Shown: piece after piece, positions 14,992 through 24,800 of the stretch | How the letters are laid out: each line of letters opens with the position of its first letter | Numbering within the stretch: the stretch's first letter is position 1 | Source of the DNA: a virus | Virus record (IMG/VR): IMGVR_UViG_3300050015_000082 | Location: 1 to 44,224 of that record | Reading direction: 5' to 3' (one strand) | DNA: 44,224 bases | Program-made: the position numbers and the translations under genes | Notes under the pieces: model-generated | The model's database searches: none | What the model was told of the DNA's origin: nothing | What the model saw: the letters and a program-made list of their open reading frames with translations, nothing else

Positions 14992-17900
14992 GTGCCTAAG
15001 AGTTATCCTGTCCGAAACTCCATGAATGCCGGGGAATTTTCAGAACTTATATCTGGATTCCGAGAAGATATTCAGAAGTTTTCGAGCGGTTGCAAAATCC
15101 TCGAAAACGCAGTCCCGCTAGTCGAGGGCGGCGCAAAGAAGATGCCGGGGACGTACTTCGCGGGATCGACTGCGAACGGCGGTGCAATGTTCACCGCGTC
15201 AATCGCTGGCACTACCATGACTGTCACAGCGGTCAATTATGGCGTCCTACAGGTAGGGCAGACGATTGTGGGGGTTGGGGTAGCCTCTGGTACCACCGTA
15301 AGCGCCTACGGCACAGGGACTGGCGGCACGGGCACTTATACGATCACGCCTACTCAGACGGTAGCCAGTGAGACAATGCAGACGGCCAGCGACGGCAAAA
15401 GCCGATTGGTTCCATTCCAGTTCTCAACTTCCCAAGGAGCGGTTTTAGAACTGTCAGCGGGAATCATTCGGGTATGGGAAGGAGCCACTGAGGGGGATTG
15501 GTTTCTTGGTCTGGTTTCTAATCAGCTTTCGGGAGACTACGACCCGACAGTCTTATATTCCCCTGGCGATAAGGTTTCCGTCGGTCAATCCTGCCCAATT
15601 GGGTTGATCACTAATCCGGGAAGTCCAGTATTCTCTGTATCGCTCCTATCGGGAGGATCGGGATACGGTACACCGGGATCGACCGTGTCTCTTAGTTTTT
15701 TTGGCACTGGGTCTGGAGCGGCTGGATATGCGACTGTTGGCTATAGTTTTGGAAACATCGTTTCAGTCACTTTGACTTCTGGAGGGTCCGGTTATACCTC
15801 TACACCATCCGTGTCTGTCTCCGGTCCAGGCAGCGGCGCATATGTCTCTGCCACAGTGGGAGGCGGATATGCGATCTCAGGTTCCATTGTCTTAACAGCT
15901 CCGTATGGCGAACATATTTCGGGAGTAACAGCCACGGTATCTACGAACACGTCAAATGCCCTCAGCGTGACTATTACCGGAAGTTCTCCGGCGCAGGGGA
16001 TCAATATTGCTCTTGCGAATGCGACTCCCGCCAACAACAGCGCTGTGAATATTCAGGCTGCGATCCGGTCTCTGGTGTCTTTGAATTCAGCATCGAGCAA
16101 CTTCATCGATCTGTCTAAGTGGACTGTGACTCCAGACCCAACGTATTATGCGTCACCGTGGATAACGTTTCCGACCGGGAAAACTTTCTCGTTCATTGGC
16201 CCCGCCGAATACTTCTCGTGTTCCGCTATAAACCAAAACGATCATTTCCCATTTGCTGTTGTAGTTTCGGTTATCGGCGGGATTCCATCAGTGGCAGTGA
16301 TACAAAACTCCTCATATTGGACGATCATCTCCGCTCCGCCCATTCCGCCTATACCGATTGAGTTGACTACTCCATATGCTGAATCTGATTTATTTGCTCT
16401 TGATTGCAGTACGCAGAGTGCTGACGTTCTATGGATTTTTCACTCAAGTTACCCCCCAGCATGTGTAGAACGGTTCGGGCCTAATTTGTGGAAGTACAGT
16501 CTATCGCTTCCCGGCCAGCAACCGGGGGAACCTGCGTATCGAGGAACGCTGGATGTGGTGAAGACCGGGTACAGTGCTCTTGGACAAAATATTAGCCTCA
16601 TCTCGCAAGCAAATCCATGTACTGTAGTTCTGGCAAGTTCAAGTTCGTCTCGGCCATTCCAAGTTGGCGACCGAATCTATATCAATCTTGGTGCTGGACT
16701 TGTCGAACTTAACGAGGGCGAATTCCTTGTACGCTCTATTGCTTATGGGCCTGTTTCAATCCCAGTCGTTGACGCATCGGGAACGGGATCGACCGTTACA
16801 GCGATTGGGTGGTACATGACTCTCACCGATCCTGATTCCGGGACAGCGATTGACTCGACTAGCTATTTGCAATATCAGGGTGGAGGTTTCGCGGTAAAGG
16901 TTGTATCCATGTTTGCGGCGGCGGGAGACTATCCGGCTTGTGGAACTCTCTACCAGGAGAGGCTATGCGTTGGTGGAACAAATAATAATCCAACACAGAT
17001 CAAAGGGTCTGTAGAGGGCGATTACCCGGACTTCATCTGCGACCCAAATGAGGATGACTACGCGATTCAATATACGCTGGTGTCTAATCAGGTCAACCAG
17101 TTGCTCAACATGATCGGAACTCCCAACGCGCTCTTGGCTGGAACGTCTGGAGGGGTATGGGTTATTCAAGGATCGAATGGTTCATCCTCGTCTCTAAGCC
17201 AGACGAATGTGAGCGCGGTTGTCCAGTCAACTCTAGGCATAGCGGCATTGCAGCCTCAACTTGTTAACGGGTCTGCGATCTTTGTTTCTAGGTCAACCAG
17301 GATAGTTACGTTCCTTCTTTACAGTTTCCAGTCGAACACCTGGGAGAACATCGACCTGACCCGACTTAACAGGAGCATCACGATAGGCTCAAGTGAGTCT
17401 ACTTCAGGGATTGCGCAGACGGCATTTCAGATGGAGCCTTATCCAATCTTCTGGGCAGTTCGCAATGATGGGCAGTTGCTCGGGTTGGTGTTCAATACGC
17501 AGGATCAGGTGTTTGGATGGTTCCGAATCAACATGGTTCCCGAAGGCGGATACATCGAGTCCGCAGCGGTCATCACCGGATCTGGCCAAGAGGATCAGCT
17601 TGTCGTGGTTGTCAACCGAACCGTCAATGGAGTAGTTCAAAGGTACGTTGAATACTTCATGCCTCAGGAGATTTTCAGCCAACTACCCAATGCTTTCTTT
17701 GTGCATTCTGGCCAGCAGCTGCAGGGCGTAGGGCCTTTTGAAATCACTGGAATCACGAACACCAATCCTCCAGTGGTCACGGTCCCAGGGCATACATTCA
17801 CAGACGGCATGACGGTTCAAATCACCCAGGTCAACGGAATGGTTAGCCCAACCGGGCAAGCGATCAACCAAGACGCAACGGAAGCGTATACGGTCACTGG

Positions 17901-18456
17901 AGTGTCGGGGAATACGTTTGAGTTGCAGGGAATGGACACATCGACTTGGACTCCGTATGTGAGCGGAGGGTCAGTGTCGCAGGTCTTCAATCAGGTTACC
18001 GGGGTAAGCTACCTTCTTGGGAATACCGTAGTCGCTGTGGGCGATGGGGCGATCATTCTTGATCAGACCGAGGTAACCTCTGACGCGATCACATTCGACT
18101 ACTACGCCAATCTCATCACTATCGGAATACCCTATGACACGACCATCCAGCCGACGAACCCCGTGCTGAGTTCTCAGGGAGCCACCAGTAGAGGGATGCC
18201 GCAGAAGTTGAACAGGGTTACGCTCTCCCTGTATCAGTCGATGGGCGGTCAGTACGGAAACGATCTTGACCACATGTACGACATCACCTATGGGCAAGGA
18301 ACGAAGTTGAAGACCCCACAAATGAGCACAGGTGAATTCACGCGCGATATGGATTGCGACTGGACGGAAGAGAGTACATTCATTGTGAGGCAGAGCGATC
18401 CTCTTCCGTTTTGTTTAAGGGGAATAATTTTCCGTCTGTCAGCCAATCAAGACTAA
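14992..18456 (+). CDS. Nozzle / tail tubular protein B-like (T7 gp12-like) with large insertions, GTG start (1154 aa)
   Basis: Called from position and size. It has inserted Gly/Thr-rich modules, including SGGSGY..P..V...G.GSGA motifs at about 15640..15870. Confidence 0.5.
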   Translation: MPKSYPVRNSMNAGEFSELISGFREDIQKFSSGCKILENAVPLVEGGAKKMPGTYFAGSTANGGAMFTASIAGTTMTVTAVNYGVLQVGQTIVGVGVASGTTVSAYGTGTGGTGTYTITPTQTVASETMQTASDGKSRLVPFQFSTSQGAVLELSAGIIRVWEGATEGDWFLGLVSNQLSGDYDPTVLYSPGDKVSVGQSCPIGLITNPGSPVFSVSLLSGGSGYGTPGSTVSLSFFGTGSGAAGYATVGYSFGNIVSVTLTSGGSGYTSTPSVSVSGPGSGAYVSATVGGGYAISGSIVLTAPYGEHISGVTATVSTNTSNALSVTITGSSPAQGINIALANATPANNSAVNIQAAIRSLVSLNSASSNFIDLSKWTVTPDPTYYASPWITFPTGKTFSFIGPAEYFSCSAINQNDHFPFAVVVSVIGGIPSVAVIQNSSYWTIISAPPIPPIPIELTTPYAESDLFALDCSTQSADVLWIFHSSYPPACVERFGPNLWKYSLSLPGQQPGEPAYRGTLDVVKTGYSALGQNISLISQANPCTVVLASSSSSRPFQVGDRIYINLGAGLVELNEGEFLVRSIAYGPVSIPVVDASGTGSTVTAIGWYMTLTDPDSGTAIDSTSYLQYQGGGFAVKVVSMFAAAGDYPACGTLYQERLCVGGTNNNPTQIKGSVEGDYPDFICDPNEDDYAIQYTLVSNQVNQLLNMIGTPNALLAGTSGGVWVIQGSNGSSSSLSQTNVSAVVQSTLGIAALQPQLVNGSAIFVSRSTRIVTFLLYSFQSNTWENIDLTRLNRSITIGSSESTSGIAQTAFQMEPYPIFWAVRNDGQLLGLVFNTQDQVFGWFRINMVPEGGYIESAAVITGSGQEDQLVVVVNRTVNGVVQRYVEYFMPQEIFSQLPNAFFVHSGQQLQGVGPFEITGITNTNPPVVTVPGHTFTDGMTVQITQVNGMVSPTGQAINQDATEAYTVTGVSGNTFELQGMDTSTWTPYVSGGSVSQVFNQVTGVSYLLGNTVVAVGDGAIILDQTEVTSDAITFDYYANLITIGIPYDTTIQPTNPVLSSQGATSRGMPQKLNRVTLSLYQSMGGQYGNDLDHMYDITYGQGTKLKTPQMSTGEFTRDMDCDWTEESTFIVRQSDPLPFCLRGIIFRLSANQD

Positions 18457-18573
18457 CAGACGGAAGCCTTGCCCAACCTTACCACACACTACCAGACCGG
18501 GCCATGCCGTTCCTTGCCATACCATGCCGCACCACACCTGTCCATTCACTACACAGGCACACATAGCCGTTCC

Positions 18574-19194
18574 TTAGTTCAATTCTACTACGTCGAATCC
18601 TACCACCTGGAATCGACCAAACGATGGTCGAAAGTCGCCCACACCAACAATACGCCCCGCATACTGGAGGGTATCGTTTAGTAAATGAGGAGAGATGTAT
18701 TCCGGCAAGAGAACCTGCAAGGATACGGAGCACTTCCACCCTGAAAGCATTGCGGGGCGAACTCGCGTGATAGCACTCCGCTGAATCACAACGCGGCGTC
18801 GATCAAGATAGTCCGGTTCCTTGACTCCGAGATCGCACATTTCCCATATGGTTGCGATGCCAGCCTTGAATAGGTCCATAGCCGACTTACGGGGAGAGCG
18901 CGGGTCTTGCCGAAACTTGGCCGCGTGAATGATGGTCTGACGGAAATACTCAGAAGGGATGGCGACGTTACCATTCTCGTAGCGGTAGATGTAGCTCTCG
19001 ATGTTGTCCGTCTTCTTCGACTTCGATCCCTTGGCGGCGTTAGCCTTCTCCTCAACAGCCTCGCAACTCCATCGATGAAACAGAATAGCGGCAGTTCCTT
19101 CGATTCTCGCTTCGATCATGTAAGGGACGGAAATCTTGATGTCCGTCTTTGCATCGTTTGTTACGTTGCTCAATGCCGATACCTTGTTTTCCAT
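18574..19194 (-). CDS. Orphan 206-aa protein on the opposite strand to the virion module
   Basis: ORF 18574..19254. The start is set at ATG 19194 (MENKVSAL), 1 nt after the stop of the RHH ORF. I recognise no named motif. Confidence 0.65.
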   Translation of the reverse strand: MENKVSALSNVTNDAKTDIKISVPYMIEARIEGTAAILFHRWSCEAVEEKANAAKGSKSKKTDNIESYIYRYENGNVAIPSEYFRQTIIHAAKFRQDPRSPRKSAMDLFKAGIATIWEMCDLGVKEPDYLDRRRVVIQRSAITRVRPAMLSGWKCSVSLQVLLPEYISPHLLNDTLQYAGRIVGVGDFRPSFGRFQVVGFDVVELN

Positions 19195-19195
19195 T

Positions 19196-19348
19196 TCATA
19201 CCTCGATTTTTGTGATTTTGTGTTTTTCTGCAAGCTCTCTGATCGCCGTTTCAATAACTGCCGAACGATGCAATCCGAGTGTTTTAGAAAGCAAAGAAAT
19301 CAAATTCAAACATGACCCAGTAAGGCGGAAACTTGTTGGAATACTCAT
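19196..19348 (-). CDS. Arc/CopG-like ribbon-helix-helix protein (50 aa)
   Basis: Not in the ORF track. AAGGAG lies 5 nt before ATG 19348. MSIPTSFRLTGSCLNLISLLSKTLGLHRSAVIETAIRELAEKHKITKIEV fits a strand-helix-helix pattern. Confidence 0.55.
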   Translation of the reverse strand: MSIPTSFRLTGSCLNLISLLSKTLGLHRSAVIETAIRELAEKHKITKIEV

Positions 19349-19435
19349 CGATTCTCCTTAAAACTTCCCTTACCATTGCCAACCGGACCTGACCCCGCCT
19401 CACCATTCCCAACCCATCCTTTACAGAATGTTTAA

Positions 19436-19464
19436 ATGGTATCGCAAATGCGCTACGATGTCAA
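19436..19464 (-). promoter_or_regulatory. Candidate sigma70-type promoter of the minus-strand cassette (TTGACA-17-TACCAT)
   Basis: The minus strand reads TTGACA tcgtagcgcatttgcga TACCAT, about 80 nt upstream of ATG 19348. Confidence 0.5.
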
Positions 19465-19529
19465 GGATTATTTTAATACGGTTCTCCGAACGACTACTAG
19501 GTATATCATGTTCAAATAGAGGGCGAAAG

Positions 19530-20024
19530 ATGGCGGGAAGCATCTCGGCAACCACGGCAACTCTGATAGCTGGCGGGGCTTCATCTCTCATGTCCGGCGT
19601 TGGGAAGTACGAGCAGGGACAGCAGCAGCAGAAAGCATACGACTACAACGCCTCAATCACTGAGCAGAACACAGCTAACCAGGTCGTTGCCAATCAGCAG
19701 AAGTTTTCGTCTCTGGTAGGCCGTCAGGCAACCTCTTACGCAGGAGCAGGAGTGGATATTGCTTCCGGCTCCCCGCTCCTCATCATGGCTGCTACTGCCG
19801 CGCGCGGAGCGCAAGAGGGAGAACAGATTGAGCAGTCAGGTACGGAACAGGCGAACCTCCAACGCTACTACGGAAAGATGGCGGCGTTCAGCGGAATTAC
19901 TGGTGGCATAGGATCGTTCCTGAGCGGAATGACCTCCGACCTGTCTTCCTACGAAAAACTGACAAGCAATCCTAAACCAACGTCTTCAGCGTTTCCGGGC
20001 TTAGGAGAGGGGATTGAAGGCTGA
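19530..20024 (+). CDS. Internal virion/ejection protein candidate (164 aa)
   Basis: The start is set at ATG 19530 (GAGGGCGAAAG before it). The N-terminus is paralogous to 8389..8664. It occupies the position of T7 gp13/14. Confidence 0.55.
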   Translation: MAGSISATTATLIAGGASSLMSGVGKYEQGQQQQKAYDYNASITEQNTANQVVANQQKFSSLVGRQATSYAGAGVDIASGSPLLIMAATAARGAQEGEQIEQSGTEQANLQRYYGKMAAFSGITGGIGSFLSGMTSDLSSYEKLTSNPKPTSSAFPGLGEGIEG

Positions 20025-21811
20025 TGCCGCGCATACCAGGAGTGCCTGAACTCGAACCGGTAAACCAACCAACAATGTCGCCGCAAGAGGCATCTCGTGG
20101 AGCCGAGGCCGTCTCCCAACTTGGGGCTGATGCCAATCAGTCTGTTCTATCCGCATTCGATCTTGAGATGTACATCAAGAAAGCACAGCAGCACGTTGAC
20201 TCCTTGGCTGCGCAGAATGACATTGCAAAGGCTTACGCTGATACTCAGAACCAACTGTCCAAGACTCAGAACTCCCGCGACGTGGACGGGGTGATTGAGA
20301 GCGCAAACCAGAATCTAAACGAGGTATCAAAGCGTTGGTCAACCTCGCCAGCAGCGATCCAAATTCAGCAGAGCGCCGATTCTCTCAGGCCGGACCTTAG
20401 CCACATTGGTACTGCTCGCCAAGTTGATCTGATGGGTAAGGAATTCAAGATCACCATCGACCGGCAGGCCGAAGTCCTGGCAGGGAGCTATGCACAGGAT
20501 AGGGCATCTGGCGGGTCTGGAGACATGTCTCTGGGCGCATTCTCTACAGCGGTACAGGGAGGCGTAGAAACTGGCCTTGTAGGAAACGTAGAGGCTGGGG
20601 AGTATGTTCGTCAGTTCCGGCAAAAAGGGCAAGAGCTTCAAATCAAAAATGCGATCTCAAATGCTAATCCGGAAGTAAACACGAAGATTTACGAGGACAT
20701 CGACAAGCACCGCGACATGTTCCCCGATGTAACGCAGGAGCAGTTGGACGTTCTCAAGGGGCAAGCTCTATCGGCATTCGAGGCGCACACAAAGCAGAAG
20801 GACTGGACTGAAGGGCAGATGGCCATCAAAACTCAGCTTGTTCCCAAGATCAACCAGTTCACGAATCCGGCTACGGGGAAGTTCGATGAGGGAGCGGCAC
20901 TGAAGGATAACGCGGATCGGTTGACGAAAGGCGAGATCACCGAAACGCAGTCGGGGGTTCTGGCACAGGGCTTTGCCTCACATGAGGCGCAGTTGAATGT
21001 CGGCTACAAGCAACAGGCAGAGAAAACCAAAAACGACATTGTGGACCTATTCCACAAGCGCAAGTATGCCGAGGCTACTTCCGCATTGGAGCAACACAAA
21101 CTAGACCCTGAATTTCAGGATATGTATGAGGGGCTGACAAAATACGGCGATTCGATGCGCCGCGAGGACCGTGCCGAGTATCGCGCCGATAGGTCATTCC
21201 AGATAGAGCAGGAGCAGGACAACAGTAACCGCACATTCTCTTCGCTGTTGAGCGACATGGCGCATGGGAAGATTTACACCGACTCTCAACTCATGCAGAT
21301 GGTAAATGGGAAGGGTTCTGTAAATCCTGGGCAGATGAGATGGCAAGAGGCTCAGGAATCCATGCAGGCCATGCGTAAGTACGAATCCGATCCTCAGTTC
21401 CAATCTGCGGTAAAGATGCTTGATGAAGGCTTTCCTGAAGCCGAGCAGACCCGAAAGCAGCGCCTTGCTCAGACGCACATGAGCGCACAAGGAAAGCAGG
21501 CCGAGCAGTCTGAAATCAATGCGAGAATAGAGGACCGAAAGTCTCTGACGTTTAAGGCGTGGCAAGCCAGGATCAACCAGAATCCGAACGAGGACAAGAT
21601 CGCTGCGATGAAAGAGGTCATGGCGCCTCAGATTCAGCAGCAGATTAGCCAGCAGATAGACGCCGCATTTGGTACGCAGCAGGCTCCTCCGTCAAGGGGA
21701 ATTCTCGATATGTTCCGTTCCTCTGGTACCACCAAAGAGGGAGCAACGAAGACGAATAGTGCTGGCGACAAATTGAAGTACACGGGGGGTAAATGGGTAT
21801 TGCAGCCATAA
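20024..21811 (+). CDS. Internal core/ejection protein candidate, Gln-rich helical (595 aa)
   Basis: Position and size are analogous to T7 gp15. No motif can be cited. Confidence 0.5.
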   Translation: MPRIPGVPELEPVNQPTMSPQEASRGAEAVSQLGADANQSVLSAFDLEMYIKKAQQHVDSLAAQNDIAKAYADTQNQLSKTQNSRDVDGVIESANQNLNEVSKRWSTSPAAIQIQQSADSLRPDLSHIGTARQVDLMGKEFKITIDRQAEVLAGSYAQDRASGGSGDMSLGAFSTAVQGGVETGLVGNVEAGEYVRQFRQKGQELQIKNAISNANPEVNTKIYEDIDKHRDMFPDVTQEQLDVLKGQALSAFEAHTKQKDWTEGQMAIKTQLVPKINQFTNPATGKFDEGAALKDNADRLTKGEITETQSGVLAQGFASHEAQLNVGYKQQAEKTKNDIVDLFHKRKYAEATSALEQHKLDPEFQDMYEGLTKYGDSMRREDRAEYRADRSFQIEQEQDNSNRTFSSLLSDMAHGKIYTDSQLMQMVNGKGSVNPGQMRWQEAQESMQAMRKYESDPQFQSAVKMLDEGFPEAEQTRKQRLAQTHMSAQGKQAEQSEINARIEDRKSLTFKAWQARINQNPNEDKIAAMKEVMAPQIQQQISQQIDAAFGTQQAPPSRGILDMFRSSGTTKEGATKTNSAGDKLKYTGGKWVLQP

Positions 21812-24800
21812 ACATCGATCCCTCTACTGGCGAGAGAGTACAGAACGTCCGCATTGACCCCACAACCGGGGAGCGAGTTCAGAGTGCGCCCACCTATGAC
21901 CCATCGAGCATTCCTACTGGGTCTTCCGATGACGCATGGAAAGCGGCGGTGCGATCTCGCACCATCGGCGTTGAACCTGGGTATGCCTACCAAAACAAAG
22001 ATGAGATTGACAAGCAACTCCGCGAACGTGATCCGAACTACGACAACACGGAACTCGACCCGACAATCGCCAACGACATTAAGGTAGGCCTTGAGGGTTC
22101 CGTGTTCGGCCTGCACGATAGGGAGAAACTTCCAGAAGAACTTCGCAACCCTGGCTTGATCGACAGGTTCGTTTCTGGATTGGCTCAGACAGTAGCAGAC
22201 GCTCCGTGGATGATTGCCGGTGGAACCGCAGGGGGTATTGCTGGTGCTGCGGCAGGTTCGGAGGTACCTATCGTCGGGAACGTCACCGTGGGGGCAATAG
22301 GAGCCGGAGCGGGCGCATTTGCTCTGCCAGCCGCAATGCGCGAGGCTTTGGTTGAAGGAATCAAGAATGGCGAAGTGAAGGATTTCTCCGACCTACTGAG
22401 ACGCTCTGCCAAGGTTCTTATTGAGGGCGGCAAGGGGGCAATCACCGGAGCGGCTACAGAGTTGGCCGGGGGAATTCCTGTTGGAAGCATGGTGGCCAAG
22501 AGTGCTCTCGCTACCACTGGGGTACGGTCTGTCTATCAAGCAGCAGCTCTGACCACCACGGCAGACGTTCTCGAAGGCAAGATTCCCACTGCTGGAGACT
22601 TCGCAGGCAATGCAGCGCTTATCGTTCCCTTGAACCTCATTACGCGCGGATACTCAATGAGCAAGGGGCAAGCAAGAGACGCATTGCTAGACGTATACAA
22701 GAAGGACGGACGGACCCCGCAGGAATCGAAAACCATACTCGATGCTCAGCCTCCCGTGAAGCCAGACCTCCCGCCTGGACTTCGCCCAGCAATTAAGGTT
22801 GGTGATTCGTTTATTGAGGGAGACGAAGGAGAGACGCATTCTGAACTGTCTGAGAGGTTGGGTGAGAAGCCTGTCACGATGTCCGAACTGGAGTCCGATC
22901 CTTCACTTGCTTCAAAAGTTCTCAGCACTCCAGAGATTCACGAGCAGGATGTTATAGATGCGGCATGGGTGACATGGGACGACGCTTTACGCAATGCGCA
23001 CGATCCTCGATTAGAGGATGAATCAAACATCGGAATAGAAGATCAGCGCCTTCAGGCAAGTCGAGGCAATCTGAAGTCCGGCAGGGGGTTCATAGACCAT
23101 GAAAGTGGCAAGTTTCTTTCTCGCTCTGAAGCTCGCCGATGGATGGAGAAAAATGAGCCAGATGTGCATGAGATGTGGCTTGAATCGCAGATGGGAGACA
23201 AACAGGCGGAACTCCATTCCGAGGATTACTCATCGGCACGAAGCCGTGTACAGAACCGCAATCTGGCTGAGGGTGATGAGACCATTTCCAACTTTTCTCC
23301 GCAGAATGCGGAACGTCTTGCGGCGGCACGGAAGGACTTGAACGAGATCAAAGCGGGAAATTCGTCCAAGGGGTACATCAAAGAAGTTCTGAGAACTCTA
23401 TTCTCCGGACAGCGCGATACGAGGATTGTGGATACTACGCAGTTGCGAGACATTCTCCAGAAGGAAATCCCGGATTACAAAGTCCAGCAAGCCTTGACGT
23501 ACTATCGAGACTATAAGGGTCGCCCAGAAGCATTGCAGGCGGCAATCGATAGGTACGACGCTGGAGAAAATGAGGCGCAAAAGGCACTTAATGAATCTCG
23601 TAGGATTGCGCAGAATCCATCCCCAGAACTTATAGAGGCTGATCGTAAGTACACGCAGTACATGACGGAAGCGTTAGAGGAAAAGAGGCAACTTGGAATT
23701 GGAGACAGCAGCATTGATCCTGCTAAATATGTTCCTCACGACTTGAAAAGAGTGGAGGATGAACAGTCATTTGGCGGTGGAAAGAAACCAATGGCTACGT
23801 CCTCCGCAAGGACCATGAAAAGAAAATATGCCACGCTCGATGAAGCTGTGGATGCTGGCGAGGAAAAACTAGAGGCCCGTTCGGTAAACGCCATAGATTT
23901 GCTGTCAATTTATGGGGATGACCACGCTAGACTGGTTGCCACTAATCTTCTTTCTACCGAGCTTATAAACACGAAGCTGGGAGAATATGGAACGCGAGAT
24001 GATCGCCCAGCCGGATGGGTAGAGCTCGATCCGAGGGGCAGAACGTTCGAGTTGAGGCAGGGTCCAGTATCTCGCTCACTATACGTTCCAAAAGATGTAG
24101 CCGACGCGATGAAGCCTTTATTCGAGCAGGGATTGAAAGGAACCGCTTTGGCTCCACTGCTCAAGACGCAGGGATACGTCAAGATGCTGGAGTTGGGCTT
24201 GTCCTTCTTTCACATGAAGGCGTTGAGCATCACGGCGTTCAATAACCAAAGCCTGACTCAGTTCACCAAGTCCCTCGTATCCGATACCAAGTCTCCGGAG
24301 TTTGCCTCAGCGGAGCGGGAGTGGGCAGCAGACGGCCTCACAACCACCAAGACCAGCACGCCCTACGAAGCCTACAAAGGGCTGAACAAGTCAAGCATCC
24401 CAACAGGGTTAGACAAACTGGCGAACGCGCCTATTATCAAGCAGGTTGATGCTGCTTTCAAGTGGACAACGAAAGAGACGTTCGATGTAATCCAGAGGAA
24501 ATTCAAGGTGGAGGACGCCTCTCGGAAAGCAGCGGCATGGATGGCGAAACACCCCGACGCTACAACTTCAGAACTGTTCTCGGCGCGGCGCTCGATTGCG
24601 AAAGAAGTCAATGCAGCCTATGGCGGGCTGAATTGGGATGTGCTTGGGGCGGGCAAAACCGTGAGGGATGTATCTCGCCTGTTCTTGCTGGCTCCAGACT
24701 GGACCTATTCAAACGTGTTGAATGCCAAGTATGCCTTCGAGGGTGGCCCTGCTGGCGATGCGGCTCGGATGTTCTGGATGAAGTCATTCGCTACTGGAAT

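Noticed and set aside
21793-21900. The 19-nt overlap between 20024..21811 and 21793..25377, and the tandem peptide IDPSTGERVQ / IDPTTGERVQ, as a sign of frameshifting
   Set aside because: Both ORFs have ordinary starts and stops and there is no slippery site. The short peptide duplication is noted but I cannot interpret it.
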